Shown piece after piece: positions 27,697 through 37,507 of a stretch of DNA of 64,000 nucleotides. Position numbers and translations under genes: made by a program. How positions within the stretch are numbered: the first letter of the stretch is position 1; each line of letters opens with the position of its first letter. Source of the stretch: Candidatus Zixiibacteriota bacterium (GTDB lineage Bacteria > Zixibacteria > MSB-5A5 > UM-FILTER-46-8); assembly GCA_026983835.1 (NCBI GenBank), contig JALSTH010000027.1, positions 10,433-74,432 of the forward strand. Reading direction: 5' to 3'. Below the pieces are notes generated by a model, which did no database searches, was not told the origin of the DNA, and saw only the letters and a program-made list of their open reading frames with translations.

Positions 27697-29859
27697 CTAT
27701 AACATATCCTGTGGATCAACATTTATGGAAAGCCTGACATTATCGGGGGGTATCGCCGAAGTGGAGAGGGGGTATTTCTTTCTTATTATCTCGTTGAATC
27801 TTATCACCGAGTCCAATTTCAGCAACAATTGATTACGGTATCTTTTCCGCAATTTGAATAGTGGAGCCGGTGCGGGTCCCAAAAGTCGGAATATCTTCCC
27901 GGTATATAATTTCCTTATCGTTTCCAATTTGTATTTTAGGGTTTTGGCGGCTTTTGCGGAAGCTTCTTGATCGGGGGAACTTACGGTAAAGAGGATTAAT
28001 TTTACGAAGGGAGGATAAAGCAGTTTTCGCCTGCTTGTTATTTCTTCCTCATAGAAACCCTCATAATCCTGATTACAGGCATGGCTTATGGAATATTCAT
28101 CGGGAGTGAATGTTTGGATTATAACTTCACCTTTTTCGCTTCTTCTTCCGGCTCTGCCGGCTGCTTGGGTTAATAAGCGGAATGTGTTTTCGCGGGCTCT
28201 GAAATCGGGGAAGGAAAGTCCCAAATCTGTGGAAATAATCCCGGTCAATTTAATGTTCGGGAAATCAAACCCTTTGCCCACCATTTGGGTTCCCATCAGA
28301 ATACCGACCCGTCCTTCATTGACATCATCGATAATTCGCTGAAGATTACCCTTGGGAGCGGTGCTGTCGAGATCCATACGGGCTACATTTACCTCCGGAA
28401 ATATATCATTGAGAATTTTTTCCAAGCGCTGGGTTCCTGTTCCGAACATACTGATAGATTCATTGCCACAACGGGGGCAGGAGTCCGGCGGGGGCTCTTT
28501 TTTTCCACAGTAATGGCAGATAAGTTTGCCGGTTTGTTTATGAAAAGTCAGATTGATATCGCAGTTTGGGCAGCGCCAAATATAACCGCATAGCGGACAG
28601 CGGACATATCTGGCGTATCCTCGTCGGTTCAAAAGCAACAAAACCTGTTTGCCTTCTAAAAGGACATCGTTCATCCGCGATATTAAGGTTGCCGAAAGCG
28701 AAGCCCCAATCATCCGCTCCTGTTTCATATCGAGTATGACGACTTCCGGCATCTCAACCCCCTCGGGCCTTTCCGGCAATTTCAAAAGGCGATATTTTTC
28801 ATTTTTTGCGTTATGAAAACTTTCCAAAGATGGAGTGGCTGAACCCAATATCACCGGTATCGATTCCAAATGCCCCCGCATCACAGCGACATCTCTGGCG
28901 TTATAATAGGGGGGATCGCCTTCCTGTTTATACGATGGGTCCTGTTCCTCATCCACGACTATCAACCCTAAATTTTCCATTGGGACAAATACTGTCGATC
29001 TCGGACCGATTACTACGGAAACAGAACCTTTTCTAACCATATCCCAACGCTTAAACCTTTCGGCGGGGGTTAATCTGCTATGGAGGACAATCACCTTATC
29101 CCCGAACGATTCCTCGAAACGCTTTTCCATAACGGGCGTTATGGAAATCTCGGGGACAAGCATCAAAACCGAGAACCCCCGTCTGATAACCCATTCTGCC
29201 GTTTCCATATAAACCAAGGTTTTTCCGGAGCCGGTAACTCCGTAAAGGAGATAATTGGTATTACCGCCCCTCTCCAACTTGCTGATAATTTCATCGATGG
29301 CTCGTTGTTGGGATAAGTTTGGGGTAAGGATTTGGTTGTAATGCCCGTTGATAATCGGAGTGTCGATAGTTTCTTTAGGTTGAACTTTCCTTAATCGTTT
29401 ATATTTGGTTTTAATGTTGCCCGAAGAGATATCCCCCAGCAGTTTTTCAATATCGGATTTGAATATAAATCTATCAGGTAAATCGGAGGAAGGAATCTGT
29501 TTCATCTTTCCCTTCTCATCGGGGATTTGAATCATCAGCTCCGAAAGAGTGAGCAGCCGCGAGGGGAAAGCAGCCGTAAAACAATCTGGCAACCTGCAGA
29601 TGTAATAATCAGAGACCCATTTTAAAAGGGAAATTAAATTCTCGGAAATGAGGGGGAACGGTTCGAGGAAAGAAATTATTTCCTTTAGACGCTTTAGTTC
29701 CGTCTTTTCCTTAATCTCAATCACAAAACCGACTAAATTCCTCGATCTTACAGGCACCCTCACCCGACTGCCTACGGAAATCCAATTGATATATTCTTTC
29801 GGTATTCGATAGGTAAAAGGACTAACGGGGATTTGAGGGATTACAACTTCGGCATACAT
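27697..29859 (-). CDS. priA: Primosomal protein N' (replication restart helicase)
   Basis: Walker A GVTGSGKT, DEEQD box and the Cys-rich zinc insertion CPLCGYIWRCPNCDINLTFHKQTGKLICHYCG. 720 aa. Confidence 0.93.
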   Translation of the reverse strand: MYAEVVIPQIPVSPFTYRIPKEYINWISVGSRVRVPVRSRNLVGFVIEIKEKTELKRLKEIISFLEPFPLISENLISLLKWVSDYYICRLPDCFTAAFPSRLLTLSELMIQIPDEKGKMKQIPSSDLPDRFIFKSDIEKLLGDISSGNIKTKYKRLRKVQPKETIDTPIINGHYNQILTPNLSQQRAIDEIISKLERGGNTNYLLYGVTGSGKTLVYMETAEWVIRRGFSVLMLVPEISITPVMEKRFEESFGDKVIVLHSRLTPAERFKRWDMVRKGSVSVVIGPRSTVFVPMENLGLIVVDEEQDPSYKQEGDPPYYNARDVAVMRGHLESIPVILGSATPSLESFHNAKNEKYRLLKLPERPEGVEMPEVVILDMKQERMIGASLSATLISRMNDVLLEGKQVLLLLNRRGYARYVRCPLCGYIWRCPNCDINLTFHKQTGKLICHYCGKKEPPPDSCPRCGNESISMFGTGTQRLEKILNDIFPEVNVARMDLDSTAPKGNLQRIIDDVNEGRVGILMGTQMVGKGFDFPNIKLTGIISTDLGLSFPDFRARENTFRLLTQAAGRAGRRSEKGEVIIQTFTPDEYSISHACNQDYEGFYEEEITSRRKLLYPPFVKLILFTVSSPDQEASAKAAKTLKYKLETIRKLYTGKIFRLLGPAPAPLFKLRKRYRNQLLLKLDSVIRFNEIIRKKYPLSTSAIPPDNVRLSINVDPQDML

Positions 29860-29863
29860 AAGG

Positions 29864-29888
29864 AAAAGGCAGCGGAACTTCCGCTGCC
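29864..29888 (-). terminator. Rho-independent terminator after the TPR lipoprotein gene
   Basis: GGCAGCGG-AACTT-CCGCTGCC hairpin (29868-29888), followed on the minus strand by TTTTCCTT. Confidence 0.7.
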
Positions 29889-29911
29889 CTCAAAAATAAT
29901 TTAGTTAATTC

Positions 29912-30940
29912 TTATTTTTCTCCGCGACATTTCTTCCCTTTGGAAATAGCTTCATTGACCATCTTTTTATCGCCCAATTCCACATAAACCGAAGCCATCA
30001 CATCATAAATATCGCAGTTGTTGGGATCTTTCTGTTCAAGCTGTTTTATAATCGGAACAGCCTTTTGGTATTCTTTCAACTTAACAAGGACCAAAATCCG
30101 ATTAAATGCAGCATCGGTGTCATCCGGGTTATATTTCATCGCCTGAGCAAACGACCTTTCCGCATTCGGTAAATCTTTCAATTGTTCGAGATACAAAACT
30201 CCCAAATTAAACCAGAGGTTTGGGTTTTGCGGATCTATTTTGAGTGCCTGTTCATACGCCTCTGCCTCCTTTTTAGAATCCCCCATTTTGTTATAAATCT
30301 GACCTACTCGGATGGGGATATTGGTATTGTTGGGTTCGAGTTTTTCCGCTTCGTCATAAAGTTTCAAGGCTTCGTCATACTTCCCTTGACGGAAACAGAC
30401 GGCGGCAAAATTTTTCAGGATATCATAGTCGCCCTTTTTCATCTCGTAAGCTTTCTTATTGTATTCGTAAGCCTTCTTATCATCATTGAGCTTTACGGCG
30501 ACAAATCCCGCATTTGAGTAGGACTCGTATTTTCCGGGATCAATAATCATACAGGTCTCGAATTTTTCCAAAGCGGCTTTATAATCCTTTTTCTTGGTAT
30601 CCACCAATCCCTTATTAAATACGGATGCCCATTTCTGCTCTCTTATTCCGTTTATTTCTTTTTCGTAAGCAGGATTCAGCTCAAGTGCTTTTGCGAAAGC
30701 TTTATCCATCTCCACAAAGTTATCCAACGCAGCATAGGATTTACCCATATAAAAGTAAGGTTCGGCATTTTGCGGATTTGCTTTCAGCGACTTTTGGAAC
30801 TGTACTATCGCATCTTTGTAGTTCGGAGGGTTTTGCTTCAGGAGAATCTTGCCCTGACGGAGATTCTTGTCGGCACAGGACGATAAAGCAACCATTAGAA
30901 TTGATAGAACAATAACTAAAACAACTGATTTAACCTTCAA
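29912..30940 (-). CDS. Tetratricopeptide-repeat lipoprotein
   Basis: Lipobox MVALSSC. Multiple 34-aa TPR units (AxxxYxxAlxlxPxN pattern). Confidence 0.8.
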   Translation of the reverse strand: MKVKSVVLVIVLSILMVALSSCADKNLRQGKILLKQNPPNYKDAIVQFQKSLKANPQNAEPYFYMGKSYAALDNFVEMDKAFAKALELNPAYEKEINGIREQKWASVFNKGLVDTKKKDYKAALEKFETCMIIDPGKYESYSNAGFVAVKLNDDKKAYEYNKKAYEMKKGDYDILKNFAAVCFRQGKYDEALKLYDEAEKLEPNNTNIPIRVGQIYNKMGDSKKEAEAYEQALKIDPQNPNLWFNLGVLYLEQLKDLPNAERSFAQAMKYNPDDTDAAFNRILVLVKLKEYQKAVPIIKQLEQKDPNNCDIYDVMASVYVELGDKKMVNEAISKGKKCRGEK

Positions 30941-31018
30941 AATTTCCTCCTTTAAGGTAAAAAATGAAAACCTCTTCTGTTCAAATTCGTTGTCCCTTAC
31001 ACGAAACGGATGACCAAT

Positions 31019-32401
31019 CTACCTTTTATATCTAACGGTATAGGTTAAGATTGTTTCGCCATCCGATTTTACGGGAAGCGTAAACTCTATCGTATTGGCA
31101 TCCTTTTTATGATAATCATAATTGGATTTAACAATTTCCCACTCCGAATAGCTCCATAACTTCTCCACCACAACAACCTCCACCTTCTCCTTTTTGTGAT
31201 TGCGGAGCTTTATTTGAAATGTCTCCTCAGAAACTCTCTTGGATATCTCCTTATGATCGATTTTCTTCCGTTCGCCGACGACATCGAAAGCATCCCCCAC
31301 ATATACCCGAACCATCTCATCCTTGGGGGTATGATCTATCTCATCTTCGCCGATAAACTCTAACGATTTATCCGAATCGACCTTGTAAACTCTGACTTTT
31401 CCTTTTGGGAGGGGAATACCCAAGCCCTCTGCCTTACTGTTTTTAAATTCGAGGGTTATTTTGATATTCGCATTTTCCTTCGAGCCCCAATAGCCGCCTC
31501 GACTCTCAAAAGTATAAACTTTTTTTGCGTTTACTTCGGAGGACGGGAATAGTGTTATCTGTTTAATTTCGTTGTTCAAGATATAAGCGCGCCTCTGCAG
31601 GGTATAGAGATGATACTCGAAGAAAGATTTCTCCTCGAATTGGGGTGCTTGGCGTCCCCCGGCACGCATCCCTTCCTTCATTAACATCTTCGGAGCCTTT
31701 TTCGCTTTGATTGTATGGATATCACCCGCTATCAATTTCAGCCTTGCGTTCTTAAAGGAGCCTCCGGAATTGTTCTCTACCGAAACCCAGCCGGACAGAT
31801 TCAATGACTTATCATCTTCGCTTACGACGGCGACATATTCCGAATGCCAATTCATTCCTTTGGTCAAATAGCTTACATCGCAGTTTACGGTTCCTTTGAC
31901 TCCGCTGTCGAATTTCCATACCAAGGTAGGTTTGGTTAAAAGTCCTTCAGGCAATTTCTCAAACTTGAAATCGGTTAGTTCATTGGTGCGGACGACATTT
32001 AATGAGCCATCTTTTGCTTGAACTACGATTGAGTTTCCATCATTGGAAAGTAATGTTCCCTCAAACACCTGACCGTTTTTTCCCATTGCGGTTATTTGAT
32101 GATCGATATATTTATCGAAAATTACCCCCGTGTTTACCAAATCGTACTGGTAATTTTGTTCGATTATCGATATCCTGCTTGAATTCTTGAGCGGTTTGAA
32201 ATGCACTGAGGTGGGATCTATTTGCGAGGGCACATTTGTAAATCTATAATCGAATATCCCCTTCTTGAAATCTATGGGGCGTATCTCCCGTATCAGGGCG
32301 AGATTTTGATTATACACCGTCACCGCCATATCCGGTTGGGTTCCGAATGCCACTCCGTTTATAGCCAAAACGGCGAAGCACGCCAATAATAACTTCTCCA
32401 T
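31019..32401 (-). CDS. DUF4139 (MuiA-like) domain-containing secreted protein
   Basis: Signal peptide. The N-terminal VTVYNQNLALIREIR ... IDPTSVHFK matches my recollection of the DUF4140/DUF4139 pattern. Family assignment is from memory only. Confidence 0.55.
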   Translation of the reverse strand: MEKLLLACFAVLAINGVAFGTQPDMAVTVYNQNLALIREIRPIDFKKGIFDYRFTNVPSQIDPTSVHFKPLKNSSRISIIEQNYQYDLVNTGVIFDKYIDHQITAMGKNGQVFEGTLLSNDGNSIVVQAKDGSLNVVRTNELTDFKFEKLPEGLLTKPTLVWKFDSGVKGTVNCDVSYLTKGMNWHSEYVAVVSEDDKSLNLSGWVSVENNSGGSFKNARLKLIAGDIHTIKAKKAPKMLMKEGMRAGGRQAPQFEEKSFFEYHLYTLQRRAYILNNEIKQITLFPSSEVNAKKVYTFESRGGYWGSKENANIKITLEFKNSKAEGLGIPLPKGKVRVYKVDSDKSLEFIGEDEIDHTPKDEMVRVYVGDAFDVVGERKKIDHKEISKRVSEETFQIKLRNHKKEKVEVVVVEKLWSYSEWEIVKSNYDYHKKDANTIEFTLPVKSDGETILTYTVRYKR

Positions 32402-32425
32402 CTTTTTCCTCTCAATTTTAATCTA

Positions 32426-35095
32426 TCACCAACCTACTATACCTTCGAGATTCTTGCTTAACTTTTCCAACCTTTCGCGATAATCCTTATTTTTCTCCCT
32501 CTCCTTCTCGATAACTTCTTTTGGAGCCTTACTTACGAAATCCTCATTACTGAGTTTTTTGCTCGATTTCTCAAGGAGGATGTTCATACGCTCGAATTCT
32601 TTTTGCAATCGAACCTTTTCCCCTTCGATGTCAATAAGGCCGGCAAGGGGAACATATATCTCCGCACCCTTGATAACCTTCGCGGCGGACCGAAACGGTT
32701 TGGAGACATCACTATCTATCGTCAATTCCTCCACCTTGGCTAAAAGCCTGATATAATCGGAATGCTCGGCTACCCACCGTCTTATCGTATCATTTGATGG
32801 TTTTATGTAAACATCGGCTTTTTTGGCGGGCGGAACATTCATCTCGGAACGGATATTCCTTATCGCACCGATAAGCTCCTGAATAGTCGCCATTTGTTCT
32901 TCCAATTCCGGATAAATCAACGATTCGGGAACATCCAGCCAAGGAGTTAAACTCAAAGTTGGAACCTCCCTTTTGACACCGACTTCCTCGTAAAGTTTCG
33001 ATGCTAGTTCTTCGCTGATAAACGGTATAAAAGGGTGGAGCATTCTGAATGTGCCATCGAGTATATAGTACAATATATGGCGAGCATTATTATCAGTTTC
33101 CCCGGAATTGCCGTTGTATAATCGAGGTTTGACCATTTCCAAATACCAATCGCAGAAATCCCTCCAGAAAAAATCATAAAGGGCTTTGGCGGCGGCGTTG
33201 AATTTAAGGTTTTGGAAACATTCCCCAACGAAAGCGGAAGTCCTTGCGAAACGGGATAATATCCATTTGTCGGAAGTATCCGAAGCAATGGGAACCGAAT
33301 GCGGATTTTCAAGCCTATGTCCCTCAAGGTTCATCAAAACCAAACGGGTGGCATTCCATATCTTATTGGCGAAATTACGCCCTATCTCAAAACTTTTTTT
33401 GGAAATGAAGGGATCCTGTCCTTCGGGAGTCAGCAAGAGCAAAGTAATCCTTAAAGCGTCAGTTCCATATTCGTTGATAATCTCCACGGGATCAATGCCA
33501 TTTCCCAAAGATTTGGACATTTTTACGCCTTTGGAGTCTCGAACCGTGCCGTGTATTACGACCTTATTAAATGGCGCTTCCTTCATAAATTCATAACCCG
33601 CCATAACCATACGAGCCACCCAGAGAAATATTATCTCATTGGCGGTAAATAAGGTGTCTGTGGGATAAAATGCCTTTAGTTCCGGAGTATTATCGGGCCA
33701 ACCGAAAGTGGAGAAGGGCCAGAGCCAAGAGGAAAACCAAGTATCCAACACATCCTCATCCTGATGAATTTCGGTAGCGCCACACCCCGTACATTTATCC
33801 GGTTTTATGCGGGAAACCATTTCTTTACCGCAACTATCACAGTAATAAACCGGAATGCGATGTCCCCACCACAGTTGTCTTGAAATACACCAATCGCGGA
33901 TATTATCCATCCAATGCAGGTATGTTTTGCTCCAGTGGTCCGGGATAAATCGGACGGATCCCTCCTCGACAGCTTCAATCGCCGGCTGTGCCAAAGCGGA
34001 CATCTTGACAAACCACTGCTCCGAAAGATAAGGCTCGATTTCCGTATGACACCGATAACACTCGGCAATCGGCACAGTGTAGTCCTCTATTTTTTCCAAA
34101 AGACCCAATTTCTCAAGTTCGGCAATAACCTTTTTTCGTACCTCGTATCTATCAATTCCCTTATAATCACCCGCATTTTCATTAAAGGTTCCATCTTCAT
34201 TTAGAATATTGATCCTCTCAAGGTTATGCCTTATTCCGATTTCAAAGTCGTTGGCATCGTGAGCCGGCGTTACTTTCAAGGCGCCGGTTCCGAATTTAGT
34301 GTCAACATAATCATCCGCAATAATCGGCAATTCTCGATCCATAATCGGGAGAATTACGGATTTGCCGATTAAATCCTTATAACGCTCGTCATTCGGATTG
34401 ACCGCCACAGCCGTATCCCCAAGCATAGTTTCAGGCCTGGTCGTGGCGATAGTCAGGAATTTATCGGATCCCTTGATTTTGTACTTAATGTACCATAAAT
34501 GCCCGTTTTTATCGTTGCGCTCTAACTCGTCATCGGAAAGTGAAGTACGACAGCGGGGACACCAATTAATGATATATTTACCTCGATATATCAACCCCTT
34601 CTTATATAAATGGATAAAAACCTCCAAAACTGCTTTGGAGAGTTGATCATCCATAGTAAAACGGAGCCTGTCCCAATCGCAGGAGCAACCCATTATCTTA
34701 AGCTGATTGATAATATTATCGCCGTTTTTTTGTTTCCATTCCCATACCCTCTCGAGAAACTTCTCCCTTCCGAGTTTCTTTCGGGATGTCCCCTCCCTGA
34801 TTAGTTGCTTTTCCACGACAACTTGAGTGGCAATACCGGCGTGGTCGATTCCAGGAAGCCATTCTGTCTCATACCCATTCATTCGATAATATCTAACAAG
34901 GACATCTTGCAATGTATTATTGAGGGCATGTCCCAAATGTAGGATATCCGTGACATTTGGGGGAGGAATAACCATTGAGAATACAGGTTTATCGGTATTG
35001 GGGTCGGCTTTGAAAAAGCCTCCTTTTTCCCAAAATTGTCTCCATTTCTCTTCTATTTCCTGTGGTTGAAACCTTTTTGATATTTCTTCTTTCAT
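32426..35095 (-). CDS. valS: Valine--tRNA ligase
   Basis: HIGH-type (LHLGHAL) and KMSKS (KMSKSLGN) motifs and a C-terminal coiled coil. 889 aa. Confidence 0.97.
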   Translation of the reverse strand: MKEEISKRFQPQEIEEKWRQFWEKGGFFKADPNTDKPVFSMVIPPPNVTDILHLGHALNNTLQDVLVRYYRMNGYETEWLPGIDHAGIATQVVVEKQLIREGTSRKKLGREKFLERVWEWKQKNGDNIINQLKIMGCSCDWDRLRFTMDDQLSKAVLEVFIHLYKKGLIYRGKYIINWCPRCRTSLSDDELERNDKNGHLWYIKYKIKGSDKFLTIATTRPETMLGDTAVAVNPNDERYKDLIGKSVILPIMDRELPIIADDYVDTKFGTGALKVTPAHDANDFEIGIRHNLERINILNEDGTFNENAGDYKGIDRYEVRKKVIAELEKLGLLEKIEDYTVPIAECYRCHTEIEPYLSEQWFVKMSALAQPAIEAVEEGSVRFIPDHWSKTYLHWMDNIRDWCISRQLWWGHRIPVYYCDSCGKEMVSRIKPDKCTGCGATEIHQDEDVLDTWFSSWLWPFSTFGWPDNTPELKAFYPTDTLFTANEIIFLWVARMVMAGYEFMKEAPFNKVVIHGTVRDSKGVKMSKSLGNGIDPVEIINEYGTDALRITLLLLTPEGQDPFISKKSFEIGRNFANKIWNATRLVLMNLEGHRLENPHSVPIASDTSDKWILSRFARTSAFVGECFQNLKFNAAAKALYDFFWRDFCDWYLEMVKPRLYNGNSGETDNNARHILYYILDGTFRMLHPFIPFISEELASKLYEEVGVKREVPTLSLTPWLDVPESLIYPELEEQMATIQELIGAIRNIRSEMNVPPAKKADVYIKPSNDTIRRWVAEHSDYIRLLAKVEELTIDSDVSKPFRSAAKVIKGAEIYVPLAGLIDIEGEKVRLQKEFERMNILLEKSSKKLSNEDFVSKAPKEVIEKEREKNKDYRERLEKLSKNLEGIVGW

Positions 35096-35245
35096 AACAC
35101 TAATCGATTCTGGTTCAAATAATGAGTTTTATGATAATATATCGATTAATTAATGTCAAGGTTAATGAATTATTGGGGAGATGATATTCGTAAGGAGGGT
35201 TAATCGGTCTAATTTTGGAAATAAAGGGAAGCGAACTCAAAACGG

Positions 35246-35845
35246 TTATCGTATAAATTCGGCAATGCTAAGTGAAGAGTAATGACGATTGATTCCTATC
35301 ACACCACCCCAAAAGAATTTATCTATATGCTCCGACAACAACCCTCTTATTTTTTTTTCAAAGAGTTGTTTTAGGCTGTTCGGCTGGCTGTCTCCAATTA
35401 TAATGACACCGGTAGAAGAATTCTCCTCTATGTGTGAAGCTAACTTATCGAGGTAATCTAAATATTCTTCTCTGACAATCACTAACTTATAATCGGGCTT
35501 AAAGTCGGGAGCTTTGTCCGGCTTAAGAACAATTGTTTTTAGGTTAAATAAGGTTAATTGAAGGTTTAACATTAAAATTTCAAGCGAATTAAAATAGGTG
35601 GAAAAAATATTCTCGGTTATTTCTTCCAACTTAAAGTGATTTTCATATTCGACGGAAACAGCTTTCCCGCCCTTAATGACAAATAAGAATTCCTTACCCC
35701 TATTATCAACCCCCAAAAGTTTATATTGTTGCTTATCGCCCTCGATAAATAGGGATTTATATCCGTTGCTATTAAGGTGTGCAACTATATTCGTAGCTAT
35801 CCTATTTTCATCGCCGTATAAATTATGCAAGAGAATCCGAATCAT
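35246..35845 (-). CDS. Hypothetical protein; N-terminus resembles a ParA/MinD fold with a destroyed Walker A
   Basis: 199 aa, 96 nt downstream of the ParA-like gene on the same strand. Residues 17-39 (ATNIVAHLNSNGYKSLFIEGDKQ) align without gaps to residues 19-41 of the neighbouring ParA (AVNLSACLSELGRRVLMIDLDPQ). The P-loop position reads YGDENRI. Confidence 0.55.
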   Translation of the reverse strand: MIRILLHNLYGDENRIATNIVAHLNSNGYKSLFIEGDKQQYKLLGVDNRGKEFLFVIKGGKAVSVEYENHFKLEEITENIFSTYFNSLEILMLNLQLTLFNLKTIVLKPDKAPDFKPDYKLVIVREEYLDYLDKLASHIEENSSTGVIIIGDSQPNSLKQLFEKKIRGLLSEHIDKFFWGGVIGINRHYSSLSIAEFIR

Positions 35846-35941
35846 CGGCTCTCTCCGATAAAATTATTTGTTTAAATCGCAGCTTGGAAGAAAACCTAAA
35901 GTAATTATATTTTAGAAAAAAAACATCCAGAGACTTGCTTA

Positions 35942-37012
35942 TCAGCTTATTGTAACTACGGAATTAAACCCGCCCAAATTATCATCCGCTTTGATAGGAT
36001 TATTTGGGTCGGGCAGCCATTTCCCATCGACTACGAATCGGTATTGGTATGTTCCGGGATCAAGGGGTATCATAGTTTCCCAGATATTAGAACCCTTCTT
36101 CTTCATAATTCCCTCGTTCGGAGACCAGTTATTAAAATCGCCCGCTACCAATACAGCGTTGGCTTTAGGGTCTTTATAGCGGAAAACTATTGCCCCATTG
36201 ACCAATTGGGGTTTTAAAAGAACTTTCTTTTCAACTGGGTATGACTGTTCTTCCTGTAATATAATTTCCGTAGCCAAGGCATTGTAATCCTTGTAAGCTA
36301 TGCTGTACCGATTATATTCGGATATCGGCGTTCCGAAACTCGCCGCTTCTTTTAATCTGACAGACATACGGATGGTCGTTGTCAACAGGTTATCACCGAA
36401 ATGCTCCTGAATTTCTTTAAGGATTTCACGCGAAAATCTGTTGCGCCCGTTGTAAATTGTTGCTAACGCCTGCACCCTTATTATATGGCCGGTCTTTTCT
36501 TCCTGAAGGCGGACCGTCTCCAGCAGTTTTCGTAAACCATGTAGGGAGAAGAAACTTGGTTCGACCGGGACGATGACTTCCGAAGAAGCATTTAACGAAT
36601 TAACGGTAAGTAGCCCTAACGATGGAGGGCAATCAATAATTATATAGTCGAAGGGAATTTGCAATTCCATTATCCTGCCGATAAGAATTCTTTCCTTACC
36701 CTTGAAATCGACTAACTCCTTATCCAAAAAATTTAATAATAGATTGGAAGGAGCGATAAACAGATTGTCGGAATATTGGATTAAAATATCGTTCCAATCG
36801 AATGAACCTGCTTTGGAGGGTGAAAAAATATCATAAACCGAGTGCCTAAGTTTTTCGGGTTGGTATGCGAATGATAAAGTGGCATGAGCTTGGGGGTCTA
36901 AATCAATCATCAATACTCTTCTGCCCAATTCGGATAAACAGGCACTAAGATTAACAGCGGTAGTGGTCTTACCGCACCCTCCTTTTTGATTGATAATTGA
37001 AAAAGTACGCAT
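35942..37012 (-). CDS. ParA/Soj-family ATPase fused to a C-terminal CBM48 / AMPK-beta glycogen-binding-like domain
   Basis: Deviant Walker A NQKGGCGKTT, DLDPQ and IIIDCPPSLG motifs. The C-terminal VLVAGDFNNWSPNEGIMKKKGSNIWETMIPLDPGTYQYRFVVDGKWLPDPNNP is the CBM48-type signature. Confidence 0.85.
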   Translation of the reverse strand: MRTFSIINQKGGCGKTTTAVNLSACLSELGRRVLMIDLDPQAHATLSFAYQPEKLRHSVYDIFSPSKAGSFDWNDILIQYSDNLFIAPSNLLLNFLDKELVDFKGKERILIGRIMELQIPFDYIIIDCPPSLGLLTVNSLNASSEVIVPVEPSFFSLHGLRKLLETVRLQEEKTGHIIRVQALATIYNGRNRFSREILKEIQEHFGDNLLTTTIRMSVRLKEAASFGTPISEYNRYSIAYKDYNALATEIILQEEQSYPVEKKVLLKPQLVNGAIVFRYKDPKANAVLVAGDFNNWSPNEGIMKKKGSNIWETMIPLDPGTYQYRFVVDGKWLPDPNNPIKADDNLGGFNSVVTIS

Positions 37013-37507
37013 AAAATCCTCCTGATTTTATTTAACAAGCAGATAATTACTCCACTCGCTTTTCCAAGATCTCCAATGTCCAATTGGAAAGGTTTTATTA
37101 TACCAAGCAAGCCAACTTTGAAATTGTAATTATCCTTCCCTGTTGTTCTACAAACAAAAAACCTACTTTAACAATAGAATATAATTATCCTGTTTGTTCT
37201 GTCAAGTAATAAATTTAAAAATACTCAAATTAAATTATAAGTTAAACTTATAACCTTAACAGGTATAATCGATTTTAGGATGTTAGGTTTTTCGTTAATT
37301 TTCTGTCGATTTTAAAAACTTCTGCCGAATCCCGTTTTGTATATTGAAAAAACTATTATATTACAGTTTTTCTCATAATCTGATTCAATAATAAATTGTG
37401 CGGATTGGATAAAATTTTTTTGATATCTTCCGTTATTTTTATCAACTGTTTTGCGATTTTGCCCTCCACGGATATCCTATGGCATTTTTAAGTATCTCTT
37501 TTTTTAT

